A stretch of 64,000 nt of DNA from Candidatus Alcium sp. F082 (GTDB lineage: Bacteria > Bacteroidota > Bacteroidia > Bacteroidales > F082), in contig LPNG01000001.1 of the NCBI GenBank assembly GCA_001543395.1, positions 87,760 through 151,759 on the forward strand. The letters are read 5' to 3'. The translations under genes were made by a program, and so were the position numbers. Positions within the stretch are counted from its first letter, which is position 1. Every line of letters starts with the position of its first letter. Below are positions 1-8,285 of the stretch, one piece after another. The notes below the pieces were generated by a model, which worked only from the letters and a program-made list of their open reading frames with translations, searched no databases and had not been told where the DNA came from.

Positions 1-2349
1 CACGAAGATGTCAGCTTCAGCGGTCTGATAGGTCAACTTGTCGGCCACAGGATACACGCCACGGAAGAGCTCCACCTTGGTGTCTTTCAACAGGTCTTTC
101 AAGATGACCGTCTGACCGATGGCAAAGATGACCATATCGGCGTCCAAGGTGATGAGTTCGTTCTCATCATATTGTGGGGCAAAGCGATGCTCATTGTCGT
201 ACACCGATGTGCATTTCTTGAAGACAATGCCGCTGACTTTGCCATCGCCAAGCACTTCCTTCGGTCCCCAACCTGGGTTGATGACCACGCCGTCTTCGCG
301 AGCTTCTTTGCGCTCTTCAAGCGATGCCGGCATGATGTCTTCGGTCTCCAATGAAAGCATCGTCACTGTTTCGGCGCCACTACGCTTGGCCACACGGGCA
401 GCATCGATGGCCACATTGCCGCCGCCAACGACTACTATGTTGCCCGAGACCTTCACCTTGCCGCAGTTGGCATCGTGCAAGAAGTCGATGGCGGTGATGG
501 TACCGGGAAGTGTTTCTCCCGAAATGCCGGGCAGCTTGCCGCCTTGGCAACCGATGGCCACATAGAAGCCTTTATAGCCTTGCTCGCGGAGTTGTTCTAT
601 GGTGATGTCCTTGCCGACCTCCACGCCCGTACGAATCTCTACACCGATCTCGCGCATGATGTCGATTTCAGCCTTGATGACGTCTTTATCCAGTTTGTAG
701 GAAGGTATGCCATAGCGTAACATGCCACCAGGTTCCTCGCTCTTCTCAAACACAGTGGGCTTGTAGCCCATAGTGGCAAGATAATAGGCGCAGCTCAATC
801 CTGCAGGGCCGCCGCCGATGATGGCAATCTTTTCCTCCCATTGTTCCTGCACATTCGAGCAGATATTCACCTCTGGCACAAAGCGTGTCTCAGCGTTGAG
901 GTCTTGCTCGGCGATGAATTTCTTGACGGCATCGATAGCAATGGGCTGGTCGATGGTGCCACGGGTACAGGCATCCTCGCAGCGTCGGTTACACACGCGA
1001 CCGCAGACTGCCGGGAAGGGATTCTCGCGCTTGATGAGCTCCAAGGCTTCGGCATATTTGCCCTCGGCAGCTTTCTTCAGGTAGCCTTGTACGGCGATAT
1101 GGGCAGGACAAGCGGTCTTGCACGGTGCCGTACCCGTTGGGTAGCAGTTGATGCGGTTCTTGTCGCGGTAGTCTTCCGTCCACTTCTCCGGACCCCATTT
1201 CTTGGCATCGGGGAGTTCCTGCTTGGGGTAGGTCTGTTCGCCATGTTTTGTACAAAGCTTCTGTCCCAATCTGACGGCGCCCGCAGGGCAGTATTCCACG
1301 CAGCGACCACAAGCCACACAGTTTTTCGGGTCAACATGAGCCACGTATGCACTACGCGACATGTTCGGGGTGTTGAAAAGCTGTGATGTACGTAAAGCAT
1401 TACATATCTTTACGTTACAATTACAAATGGCAAATATCTTTCCTTCACCGTCAATGTTAGTGACTTGATGCACGAAACCGTGGTCTTCGGCCTTCTTCAA
1501 GATGGCAATCGCCTCGTCGTAGGTGATGAAGTGTCCACGGCCCGTCTCGGCAAGGTATTCGGCCATGTCGCCCACGCCGATGCACCAGTCGCGGTAGTCG
1601 TCGGCACAGCCTTCATCGAGTTTTTTGCGTCCGTAGCGGCAGCTGCAGATACCCACTGCCAGGTGGCCTTCATAGCGCTTGAGCCAATAGGAGATATGCT
1701 CGATGTCGGCAGTCTCGTTTTCCATTGAGATGGCTTTTTCGACGGGAATCACGTGCATTCCGATACCGCTACCGCCCATAGGCACCATTGGGGTAACCTT
1801 TTCCAAAGGCAGGAAGGTCATGCGTTCGAAAAACATGGCAAGCTCTGGGTGTTTGTCCATGAGGTCCACGTTCATGTTTGTGTATTCTGCTGAACCTGGG
1901 ACAAACATCGGCACCCAGTAGATGCGAGCGTCGCGTTCAAACGAAGTGCCGGCCACCGGTCCTTCCTTGGTGTATTTGTCGCCGTAGTCGTACTCCAACA
2001 TGCCGAAATAGGCCAGCTTGTCCAGAAGTTCATCAAATGACTTGTCGTCGGGGGTATAGTGTTTCTTGGCGTTCAACTCATGCAATTCAGCATAGCTGTG
2101 ATGCTCTCTCACTTTGAAGAAGTTGCCAGGAAGCATGTCTAAGAGCAAATCCAATGAGGCCTCCCGAGTGGCGGCATCCATCTCATCTTCGAAGATGCAA
2201 GCGAGCCCCCAATACTCTGGGGCATCGGTGTCCATCTTGATTTTTCCAGGGATACGGTCTGTGACGTGACGGACGAATTTCAACAGTTTCGGGTTCGGGT
2301 TTTTGTCGCCTTTGTGCTTGGGGACAAACTTGGTTGACATTTCGGGCAT
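1..2349 (-). CDS. FAD/NAD(P)-dependent oxidoreductase, glutamate-synthase-small-subunit (GltD)-like, with Cys-rich and 4Fe-4S ferredoxin-type N-terminal half; 3' end runs off the window
   Basis: Absent from the ORF track because it has no in-window stop. My reverse-strand translation from the ATG at 2349 (MPEMSTKFVPKHKG...) stays open to nt 1. It contains CVACGRCVEYCP (4Fe-4S motif), IAIIGGGPAGLSCAYYL (GxGxxG) and VVVGGGNVAIDAAR (second dinucleotide site). Confidence 0.8.
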   Translation of the reverse strand, partial: MPEMSTKFVPKHKGDKNPNPKLLKFVRHVTDRIPGKIKMDTDAPEYWGLACIFEDEMDAATREASLDLLLDMLPGNFFKVREHHSYAELHELNAKKHYTPDDKSFDELLDKLAYFGMLEYDYGDKYTKEGPVAGTSFERDARIYWVPMFVPGSAEYTNMNVDLMDKHPELAMFFERMTFLPLEKVTPMVPMGGSGIGMHVIPVEKAISMENETADIEHISYWLKRYEGHLAVGICSCRYGRKKLDEGCADDYRDWCIGVGDMAEYLAETGRGHFITYDEAIAILKKAEDHGFVHQVTNIDGEGKIFAICNCNVKICNALRTSQLFNTPNMSRSAYVAHVDPKNCVACGRCVEYCPAGAVRLGQKLCTKHGEQTYPKQELPDAKKWGPEKWTEDYRDKNRINCYPTGTAPCKTACPAHIAVQGYLKKAAEGKYAEALELIKRENPFPAVCGRVCNRRCEDACTRGTIDQPIAIDAVKKFIAEQDLNAETRFVPEVNICSNVQEQWEEKIAIIGGGPAGLSCAYYLATMGYKPTVFEKSEEPGGMLRYGIPSYKLDKDVIKAEIDIMREIGVEIRTGVEVGKDITIEQLREQGYKGFYVAIGCQGGKLPGISGETLPGTITAIDFLHDANCGKVKVSGNIVVVGGGNVAIDAARVAKRSGAETVTMLSLETEDIMPASLEERKEAREDGVVINPGWGPKEVLGDGKVSGIVFKKCTSVYDNEHRFAPQYDENELITLDADMVIFAIGQTVILKDLLKDTKVELFRGVYPVADKLTYQTAEADIFV

Positions 2350-2357
2350 AATATTAT

Positions 2358-2404
2358 CAGTTTGCAGTTGTCAGTTTGCAGTTGTTCAGTTATCAGTTGT
2401 TTTT
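2358..2404. repeat. AGTT-type heptamer/octamer tandem repeat (cagtttg cagttgt cagtttg cagttgtt cagttat cagttgtt)
   Basis: Read directly. It fills the hypB-oxidoreductase spacer and overlaps the hypB stop codon (2393-2395). Confidence 0.7.
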
Positions 2405-3067
2405 CCAGGCGTTGACCTCTGCGAGGAGCCATTGGACGAAGGCATCCACACCCTCCCCTGTCTTGGCGCAGATAGGGATGACTTGTGCTTTGGGGTTACG
2501 CTGGTGGATGTAGGATTTACAGCGTTCGAGGTCGAAGTCAAAATACGGCATGACATCCGTCTTGTTGATCAAAACCAGGTCGCACACCGTGAACATCAAA
2601 GGATATTTGAGCGGTTTGTCGTCGCCTTCCGGCACAGAGAGAATCATCGCATTGCGCACGGCGCCAGTATCAAACTCAGCTGGGCATACCAAATTGCCTA
2701 CATTCTCCAAGACGACCAAGTCAACGTCTTTCAGTCCCACATTGTCGAGACCTTGACGCGTCATCTCCGCATCGAGGTGGCACATGCCTCCGGTATGGAG
2801 CTGTATGGATGGCACGCCTGTGGCTTCCACAATCTTGACGGCATCCACGTCGCTGTCGATGTCGGCTTCCATCACTGCCACACGCACCTTGTTTTTGATG
2901 CGGTTGAGCGTCTGGATGAGTGTTGTTGTCTTGCCGCTACCAGGAGCCGACATAAGGTTGAGCAGAAACACACCTTTGTCTTTCAATTCTTTACGGAGAT
3001 CCTCTGCGTCTTTGTCGTTATCTTCAAAAACGTTCTTCTTGATTTCAATGACTTTGATTTCATCCAT
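2393..3067 (-). CDS. hypB: Nickel-insertion GTPase HypB
   Basis: Track ORF 2393..3247 trimmed to the ATG at 3067 (MDEIKVIEIKK...). It has the P-loop SAPGSGKTTT, the ENVGNLVCPAEFD signature and INKTD (NKxD). Confidence 0.85.
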   Translation of the reverse strand: MDEIKVIEIKKNVFEDNDKDAEDLRKELKDKGVFLLNLMSAPGSGKTTTLIQTLNRIKNKVRVAVMEADIDSDVDAVKIVEATGVPSIQLHTGGMCHLDAEMTRQGLDNVGLKDVDLVVLENVGNLVCPAEFDTGAVRNAMILSVPEGDDKPLKYPLMFTVCDLVLINKTDVMPYFDFDLERCKSYIHQRNPKAQVIPICAKTGEGVDAFVQWLLAEVNAWKNN

Positions 3068-3116
3068 GGGAATGTGGATTCGGTTAATAATGCTGCAAAA
3101 ATAGGGAAAAAAGGCG

Positions 3117-3668
3117 TCATCCCAACAAAGTTGGGTAATTAGTCTCATTCCAAGCGATGGCATAGTGTTTCGAGAAATACCTTCTGGCGTGACGGTTGGC
3201 GCGTATCTCGGTCCAAAAGTGGTTGTGGTCGCCTTTGCCGAGGGCACTCAACAGGCTGGGCAGTCCGATGAGAGGGAGATAAAACCAGCCGAAGCGTTGG
3301 CTATCTATGGTATGGCCGAACTCGTGCTGACAGACTTGGTTGGCGAGGACAAAGTCCTCCCCTTCGCCTCGCATCCACGGCACCGTCCACAGGTCGACGA
3401 AAGTGCCTAGCGACACGCCCATGAGGTAGGCACACGACGACTTCGTCGCAAAGGTGATGCCACCCAAAGTATCGACACGGTCAATCTGTCCCGCCAAGGC
3501 CCTTCCCACCGAAAAGAGCCATCCCACGAGGGTCTGCGGCAACTCCCAAGTGAACCTGGAAAGCAGTTGCCACACGCGGCCCCATGGTGACCGGTTGGGG
3601 TCGGTCAAGAAGAGCCCCCGGGTGAGTTGGGCGGTGATTTTGAGACGTTTTGAGATGGTGATTGGCAT
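3117..3668 (-). CDS. Hypothetical protein with HExxH zinc-metallopeptidase-like motif
   Basis: 183-aa ORF with HEFGH at aa 115-119 and no obvious signal peptide. It lies on the same strand, 81 nt downstream of the Sel1-repeat genes. Confidence 0.5.
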   Translation of the reverse strand: MPITISKRLKITAQLTRGLFLTDPNRSPWGRVWQLLSRFTWELPQTLVGWLFSVGRALAGQIDRVDTLGGITFATKSSCAYLMGVSLGTFVDLWTVPWMRGEGEDFVLANQVCQHEFGHTIDSQRFGWFYLPLIGLPSLLSALGKGDHNHFWTEIRANRHARRYFSKHYAIAWNETNYPTLLG

Positions 3669-3749
3669 GGGGCAAAGATAATAAAAATACCATCATGAAA
3701 AGACAAGAAAAAAGCCAACTGATCGTTGGTTGTAGCATCATGCCTTTCT

Positions 3750-5477
3750 TCACTTTTCACCCAGCTCCAATAGCTTTTCCTTGGCTTCTTTTGAGCCAAA
3801 CGATGCAGCTTTCCTAATTTTAGCAAGGGCTTTCTTTTTGTTAGGCTTCACGCCTTTCCCTTCGAGATAGAAAAGACCTGTTTTGTATTGTGCGTCGATT
3901 TCACCTCGACTGGCAAGTTGGGCATACCACTTATAGGCTTCTTTATTGTCCTGCGTTACAACCACACCCTGTTCATACAATTCAGCGAGTTGTCTCATCG
4001 CATAAAGATCCCCAAATTGCGCTGCCTTCTTATACCATTTAATGGCTTGTTGATAGTTTTGACCGATTCCATCTCCGAAGAAATAGCCATCTGCAATATC
4101 GCGCAATTCAGCACCTGTTTCAGGGAGGGTCAAAAGGATGCGTCCAGCCTTCTCATACCATCGGGCTGCTATCACGTCGCTTTGCTTCACCCCCTTGCCT
4201 TCATGATAACGCAACCCCAGTCTTTTGCATGCACGCCATGCGTCTTTAGGTATCATACGCCAAAGATCTTTATCGGTTTGCCGAGCCGATTTCCGATACC
4301 ACTTCACCGCTTCTTGATCGTTTTGCGCCACGCCCTCTCCTTTAGTGTAAAACTCACCCAGCATATACTGCGACAGGGCACGGCCTTGCTCTGCCGATTT
4401 CCTATACCACTTGAATGCTTCCTCTTTGTTTTGTTCAACTTTAACACCTTGGTAATACAACTCACCCAACTTGAATTGCGATTCCTCATGGCCTTGTTCA
4501 GCCGCCTTGGTAAACCATTTGACGGCTGTGTCATGATTCTTTCTAACACATTGGCCATCAAGATAGAAGAACCCAAGGCAATGCTGGGCAACAGGATCAC
4601 CTTGCTCTGCATATTTCTTGAACAACCTGAAAGCCTCCTTGGTGGTCCACCACTTTCCGTCTTCGTATGTATAGGGATAACCTATCCTATCCAAGTCGGA
4701 TTTATCAAGATAATCGGTGGTTTCGATATAATGCATCCACCAGTAAAACGCCTCTTCTTTGTCTTGCTTGACACGGTCCCCACGATACAGAAAACCAGAA
4801 AGCAAATATTGAGCCTCCGAATCACCGCCTTGAGCGGCTTTTCTGTACCATTTGATTCCCTCTTGATCATCCAAATCCCCTATCCCGACACCGACAATAG
4901 TGTCGTTGATATAGGTCTCGGCAATCTTGCATTGGGCCCACGCATCACCGTGATCAGCCAGGTTACGTAGGTATCTCAACATGGTTTCACCGTCACCATC
5001 GGGGCAACCGTTTTCTTCAATATGAAGCCATATCGTATCCGCCACATACCTTTGTGCTTCCAGGTCTCCTTGATCGGCCAACGCCCACATTTTCCTATAT
5101 TCCTCCGTGTCTTGGGGGCCAAATCCCGCACCCACCACAATCCAATCATCCAAATCGGTCCCTACAATACCAATGCCTTTGCCTGAATCGATGTCTGCAA
5201 GACTTTCAAGACGAAGCTTGGCCTCTTCGCTTAGTTTTTCTCCAGCTTTGGCTACGGCCTCAAAGCATTTTGCTGCTTCTACAAGGTCTTTCTCAACACC
5301 CTTCCCCTCATAATACAGAAGAGCCAAATAGTAGAGTGCCGTTGTATAACCCAATTCGGCCGCCTCTTTGTAGCATTTGGCAGCAGATTCATATTTCCTG
5401 CGGCAATGAAAAAGCCATCCTTGTTTGTACAGTTCTTCCGCCTTTGTTTTTTGATTGTTTGTGTTGTTTGATTTCAT
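3750..5477 (-). CDS. Sel1-like (SLR/TPR-family) repeat protein, 575 aa
   Basis: Many tandem ~36-aa units of the type A..WY.KAAEQG...AQY.LG..Y..G.GV.QD...A.KWY. No signal peptide seen. Confidence 0.85.
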   Translation of the reverse strand: MKSNNTNNQKTKAEELYKQGWLFHCRRKYESAAKCYKEAAELGYTTALYYLALLYYEGKGVEKDLVEAAKCFEAVAKAGEKLSEEAKLRLESLADIDSGKGIGIVGTDLDDWIVVGAGFGPQDTEEYRKMWALADQGDLEAQRYVADTIWLHIEENGCPDGDGETMLRYLRNLADHGDAWAQCKIAETYINDTIVGVGIGDLDDQEGIKWYRKAAQGGDSEAQYLLSGFLYRGDRVKQDKEEAFYWWMHYIETTDYLDKSDLDRIGYPYTYEDGKWWTTKEAFRLFKKYAEQGDPVAQHCLGFFYLDGQCVRKNHDTAVKWFTKAAEQGHEESQFKLGELYYQGVKVEQNKEEAFKWYRKSAEQGRALSQYMLGEFYTKGEGVAQNDQEAVKWYRKSARQTDKDLWRMIPKDAWRACKRLGLRYHEGKGVKQSDVIAARWYEKAGRILLTLPETGAELRDIADGYFFGDGIGQNYQQAIKWYKKAAQFGDLYAMRQLAELYEQGVVVTQDNKEAYKWYAQLASRGEIDAQYKTGLFYLEGKGVKPNKKKALAKIRKAASFGSKEAKEKLLELGEK

Positions 5478-5503
5478 AATTGATAGTTTGTTTTATTGTT
5501 TTA

Positions 5504-6307
5504 TTAAAAAAGTTCGTCTTGATTCGATAACAGCGTTGATAGATTGGCAAAAAAGCCATCTTCATCCATCTGTTCCTCACCATTTCTTAACCTTTCGGCT
5601 TCCTCTTGCCATCCTGCTTTTTCGGCCCACTCCAAGGCTTTTGCACGGTTTTTCTTTGTGCCACATCCAATTTTATAGCACCCAGAAAGGGAACACATCG
5701 CCTCTTCGTGCCTCAATTCCGCAGCTCTTTTAAACCACACGAAAGCTCTTTTCCGGTAATGCCTAACACCCCAGCTATAAGAATCATAGATGGTACCAAG
5801 CATATACATTGCCTCGACGTTGCCTTGAACAGCCGCCTTTTTGAGCCAAAGTGCCGCCTCATGTTTGCGACTTCTCCATCCCATTTTTAGACAGTCGAAT
5901 TCGCTATATTGCCATCCAAGCTTGTATTGCATCTCAGCATAACCGTAGTCAGCTATTATCGTCAAGTACTCCAATGCCTTGTCAATATCCGCTTCCACGC
6001 CGATGCCATAATAGTATGCGTAATACATCCAATAAATGGCGTCTTGGTTGCCTTCTTCGCAAGCAGGCTGCAACACATTGTTGATAACAGTCTTCAATTG
6101 ATGCTTCTTCTTTCTCGTCAAAGGACGACATTGCTGATGGTAACGTTGTATGTTTTGGAGTATTTCCTCCTCCGTTTTTGGCAAGCAGTCAGACAAGCAT
6201 TGAATAGCCTCCTCAAGTGGGGTATGAGGCTCAGCATCTTCTGCATAAGGAAAATAGGTGAGGGTAAAATTGCCTTCGGGAGTAATGTTGGGATTTGTTG
6301 TTTTCAT
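5504..6307 (-). CDS. Sel1-like repeat protein, 267 aa
   Basis: The C-terminal half carries Sel1-type units (ALWLKKAAVQGNVEAMYMLGTIY; AFVWFKRAAELRHEEAMCSLSGCY; ALEWAEKAG). 26 nt upstream of the larger Sel1 gene. Confidence 0.8.
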   Translation of the reverse strand: MKTTNPNITPEGNFTLTYFPYAEDAEPHTPLEEAIQCLSDCLPKTEEEILQNIQRYHQQCRPLTRKKKHQLKTVINNVLQPACEEGNQDAIYWMYYAYYYGIGVEADIDKALEYLTIIADYGYAEMQYKLGWQYSEFDCLKMGWRSRKHEAALWLKKAAVQGNVEAMYMLGTIYDSYSWGVRHYRKRAFVWFKRAAELRHEEAMCSLSGCYKIGCGTKKNRAKALEWAEKAGWQEEAERLRNGEEQMDEDGFFANLSTLLSNQDELF

Positions 6308-6348
6308 ACTAATAACAGCAAAAATAGGTGTTTTTATGATAGTGAAGC

Positions 6349-6364
6349 TGGTACTTTTCAGTAC
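6349..6364 (-). promoter_or_regulatory. 16-nt motif TGGTACTTTTCAGTAC (inverted repeat GTACT-N4-AGTAC), copy 1
   Basis: Identical 16-mer also at 16184..16199. This copy lies about 42 nt upstream of the Sel1 gene ATG (6307) and just downstream of the 44-aa ORF. Confidence 0.35.
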
Positions 6365-6382
6365 ATATAATTACTGTCATGA

Positions 6383-6517
6383 TTAAAAAAACAAAGACAT
6401 GACCAAGCTAATAACAGCGATTACACCAAACACGATAGCAGCAATAACAAAGCACCCAGGCCCATCACTGCCACCCCCATCGAAATCACCTGTTTTTGGA
6501 TTATATTCCCAACCCAT
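6383..6517 (-). CDS. Small membrane peptide, 44 aa (MGWEYNPKTGDFDGGGSDGPGCFVIAAIVFGVIAVISLVMSLFF)
   Basis: Not in the track (<60 aa). The ATG is 12 nt after the E1 stop. The N-terminus carries the YNPKTGDF motif shared with two upstream small proteins, followed by a Gly-rich linker and one C-terminal hydrophobic helix. Confidence 0.4.
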   Translation of the reverse strand: MGWEYNPKTGDFDGGGSDGPGCFVIAAIVFGVIAVISLVMSLFF

Positions 6518-6529
6518 AAGTGTAAGTAT

Positions 6530-7741
6530 TTAAAATGATTGTAATAGTTCCTCAAATTCATCTCCTGTATCCAGCAGAATCTCATCCTTTGAACAAACAG
6601 CGCAATCATCTCGTCTACTGATATTGGCCCCGTACCAACGCATGATTGTAGGCATTGGGCCTGCTCCTGGCAAGATGTGCCAATTGGAGAATTTGCGTTC
6701 TCGTCTGTTTGCCCATAGATAGTAATTGTAAACAAGTTCATCTTCCAAACACGAAATGCCAGAAGCCTCACCTCTCGACAGCTCCACTAAGGCCAACTTA
6801 ATCATCATGTTACAGATAGGCTCAATATCAGCCGAAAGACCCACTTGAACCATCGCGTCAGCATCCTGGGCTGAAACGTATGCGGGAATTATGCCGGTCT
6901 GGCGAGCCGAGACCTCGTCAGTAATCTCTTCATGGACAACTCCAATATTTCCCACCAAACAGCTGTAGCAGGCCTGACCTGGATGATAGATAAATACATC
7001 ACCACCTTCGGCTCGAGTAAAAGCCCTTCCAAAGATACCAACTTTCTGGAAATCGACCAAAGCCTGCGACAAGGCAAAGCGGCTCGGGTTGTTGTCGGTG
7101 GCACAAATCACTAAATCAGCACAACACACAATTTCTTCAAGTCTTTGGTTGTTTTTGCTGATATCCAAGGGGTATTTGTGGATTTTTGTGTAAGGGTTTT
7201 TACCGAGAATAGATTCTTCGATGGCATCTGTTTTCAGCCTTCCCAAATCTTTGATGAAACAAGTGTGGCGGGCAAGATTATGAAGTTCTACCCGATCAAA
7301 ATCCACCAAAGAAAACTCTCCCACTCCAGCTTTTGCCAACTCAATGGCAATCTGTGACCCGAAACTGCCTAAACCAATAACGGCTACATGCTTTTTTTCC
7401 AAGATTCCGACTTCCAAAATACCTTTACTTCTGGAATACAAATTCTCCTTCGATGGTATCATTTGGGAATCCACCCGTTGAAGCTCATTATCAGTCTTAA
7501 CGAACACCTGTGGGCCGTCACCTCCGACAAAAACACACCAAAGAACATCATTCAAAAATGATACAATTGGGGCGGCCTTTGAGAAAAAGCACTTTGAAAC
7601 CCTACCGAAGGCATGTGCCAAAGGCTGAGTATGGAGATGCACCACGTCCTCTCCTTCCCATTCGTAAGCATAGCCACATTGAGATTCTGCTTCACCACTG
7701 GCAAAAGCATCCAACTCCTCTTGTGAAAGATAGACAATCAT
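6530..7741 (-). CDS. ThiF/MoeB/HesA-family E1-like adenylyltransferase with ~115-aa N-terminal extension
   Basis: VAVIGLGSFGSQIAIELAKAGVGEFSLVDFDRVELHNLARH (Rossmann/ATP motif plus the NLxRH/Q signature). Two CxxC pairs (CYSC, CAVC), as in Zn-binding E1-like enzymes. Confidence 0.85.
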   Translation of the reverse strand: MIVYLSQEELDAFASGEAESQCGYAYEWEGEDVVHLHTQPLAHAFGRVSKCFFSKAAPIVSFLNDVLWCVFVGGDGPQVFVKTDNELQRVDSQMIPSKENLYSRSKGILEVGILEKKHVAVIGLGSFGSQIAIELAKAGVGEFSLVDFDRVELHNLARHTCFIKDLGRLKTDAIEESILGKNPYTKIHKYPLDISKNNQRLEEIVCCADLVICATDNNPSRFALSQALVDFQKVGIFGRAFTRAEGGDVFIYHPGQACYSCLVGNIGVVHEEITDEVSARQTGIIPAYVSAQDADAMVQVGLSADIEPICNMMIKLALVELSRGEASGISCLEDELVYNYYLWANRRERKFSNWHILPGAGPMPTIMRWYGANISRRDDCAVCSKDEILLDTGDEFEELLQSF

Positions 7742-7914
7742 GCGAATCCATCCTTGGTCATGTCGGTTACAACCTCACCAGCGCTATGGGTGATACCCAT
7801 TGGGGCTTCCTCAAACTCACCCGTGTTGGGATTGAATACTAAATCCGTGATGGTGTTTCCGTTCTGCGTGTCTTTTACGACTTTGGCGATTTTGTTTGCT
7901 TTCTCTTCGTTCAT
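7738..7914 (-). CDS. Small protein, 58 aa (MNEEKANKIAKVVKDTQNGNTITDLVFNPNTGEFEEAPMGITHSAGEVVTDMTKDGFA), translationally coupled to E1
   Basis: Not in the track (<60 aa); translated by hand. Its TGA (7738-7740) overlaps the E1 ATG (7739-7741) as ATGA. Carries the FNPNTGEF motif. Confidence 0.45.
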   Translation of the reverse strand: MNEEKANKIAKVVKDTQNGNTITDLVFNPNTGEFEEAPMGITHSAGEVVTDMTKDGFA

Positions 7915-7926
7915 ATAAATTCGTAT

Positions 7927-8268
7927 TTAAGGTTCGTCAAATCTTTTATCGAATAACTCTTCTATCTGTTCACTTGTTAGCTGTATTCCGTCGGCTTCAC
8001 ATTCTTGAATGGTTTCTTCCATCATTTTACGATACCTATCCACAACGTGTCTTGCAGTATCAGCTATCAAATCTGATAATTCCTTCGGAGGTGCTATATA
8101 TGAAGCAAGTAGAAAACTCGGCACCTCACCTTCTTCATAATTGTTGGGATCTTCATACTCATCTGTTTCACAATTATAAATCAATTCGAGCTCACTTTTG
8201 GACTTGCAATTCTCGAAATCACCGGTCCTTTCATTATAGGCCAAATCGAACCAATCATTGTCTTCCAT
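7927..8268 (-). CDS. Acidic hypothetical protein, 113 aa
   Basis: Track ORF, strongly D/E-rich. The N-terminal DLAYNERTGDFEN matches the motif of the 58-aa and 44-aa ORFs. Sits between E2 and the 58-aa ORF with 12-17-nt gaps. Confidence 0.55.
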   Translation of the reverse strand: MEDNDWFDLAYNERTGDFENCKSKSELELIYNCETDEYEDPNNYEEGEVPSFLLASYIAPPKELSDLIADTARHVVDRYRKMMEETIQECEADGIQLTSEQIEELFDKRFDEP

Positions 8269-8285
8269 AGTATCACGCTTTTAGA

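Noticed and set aside
119-2117. Several plus-strand track ORFs (e.g. 119..565, 841..1386, 1465..1728)
   Set aside because: They are antisense to a continuous minus-strand reading frame (1..2349) with clear Fe-S/FAD oxidoreductase motifs. Their sequences are low-complexity and motif-free.
2303-3142. 279-aa plus-strand ORF
   Set aside because: It lies antisense to hypB, which has unambiguous GTPase motifs, so it is a shadow ORF.
3888-4970. 360-aa plus-strand ORF
   Set aside because: It lies antisense to the Sel1-repeat gene. Its Leu/Ile/Phe-rich sequence has no features and is typical of a shadow frame of a repeat gene.
6421-6771. 116-aa minus-strand ORF overlapping the E1 3' end
   Set aside because: Most of it overlaps the E1 coding frame. 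Only its last ~35 codons are outside E1, and there it competes with the 44-aa ORF. The 44-aa ORF has its own ATG 12 nt after the E1 stop and carries the shared motif. This remains a caveat for the 44-aa call.
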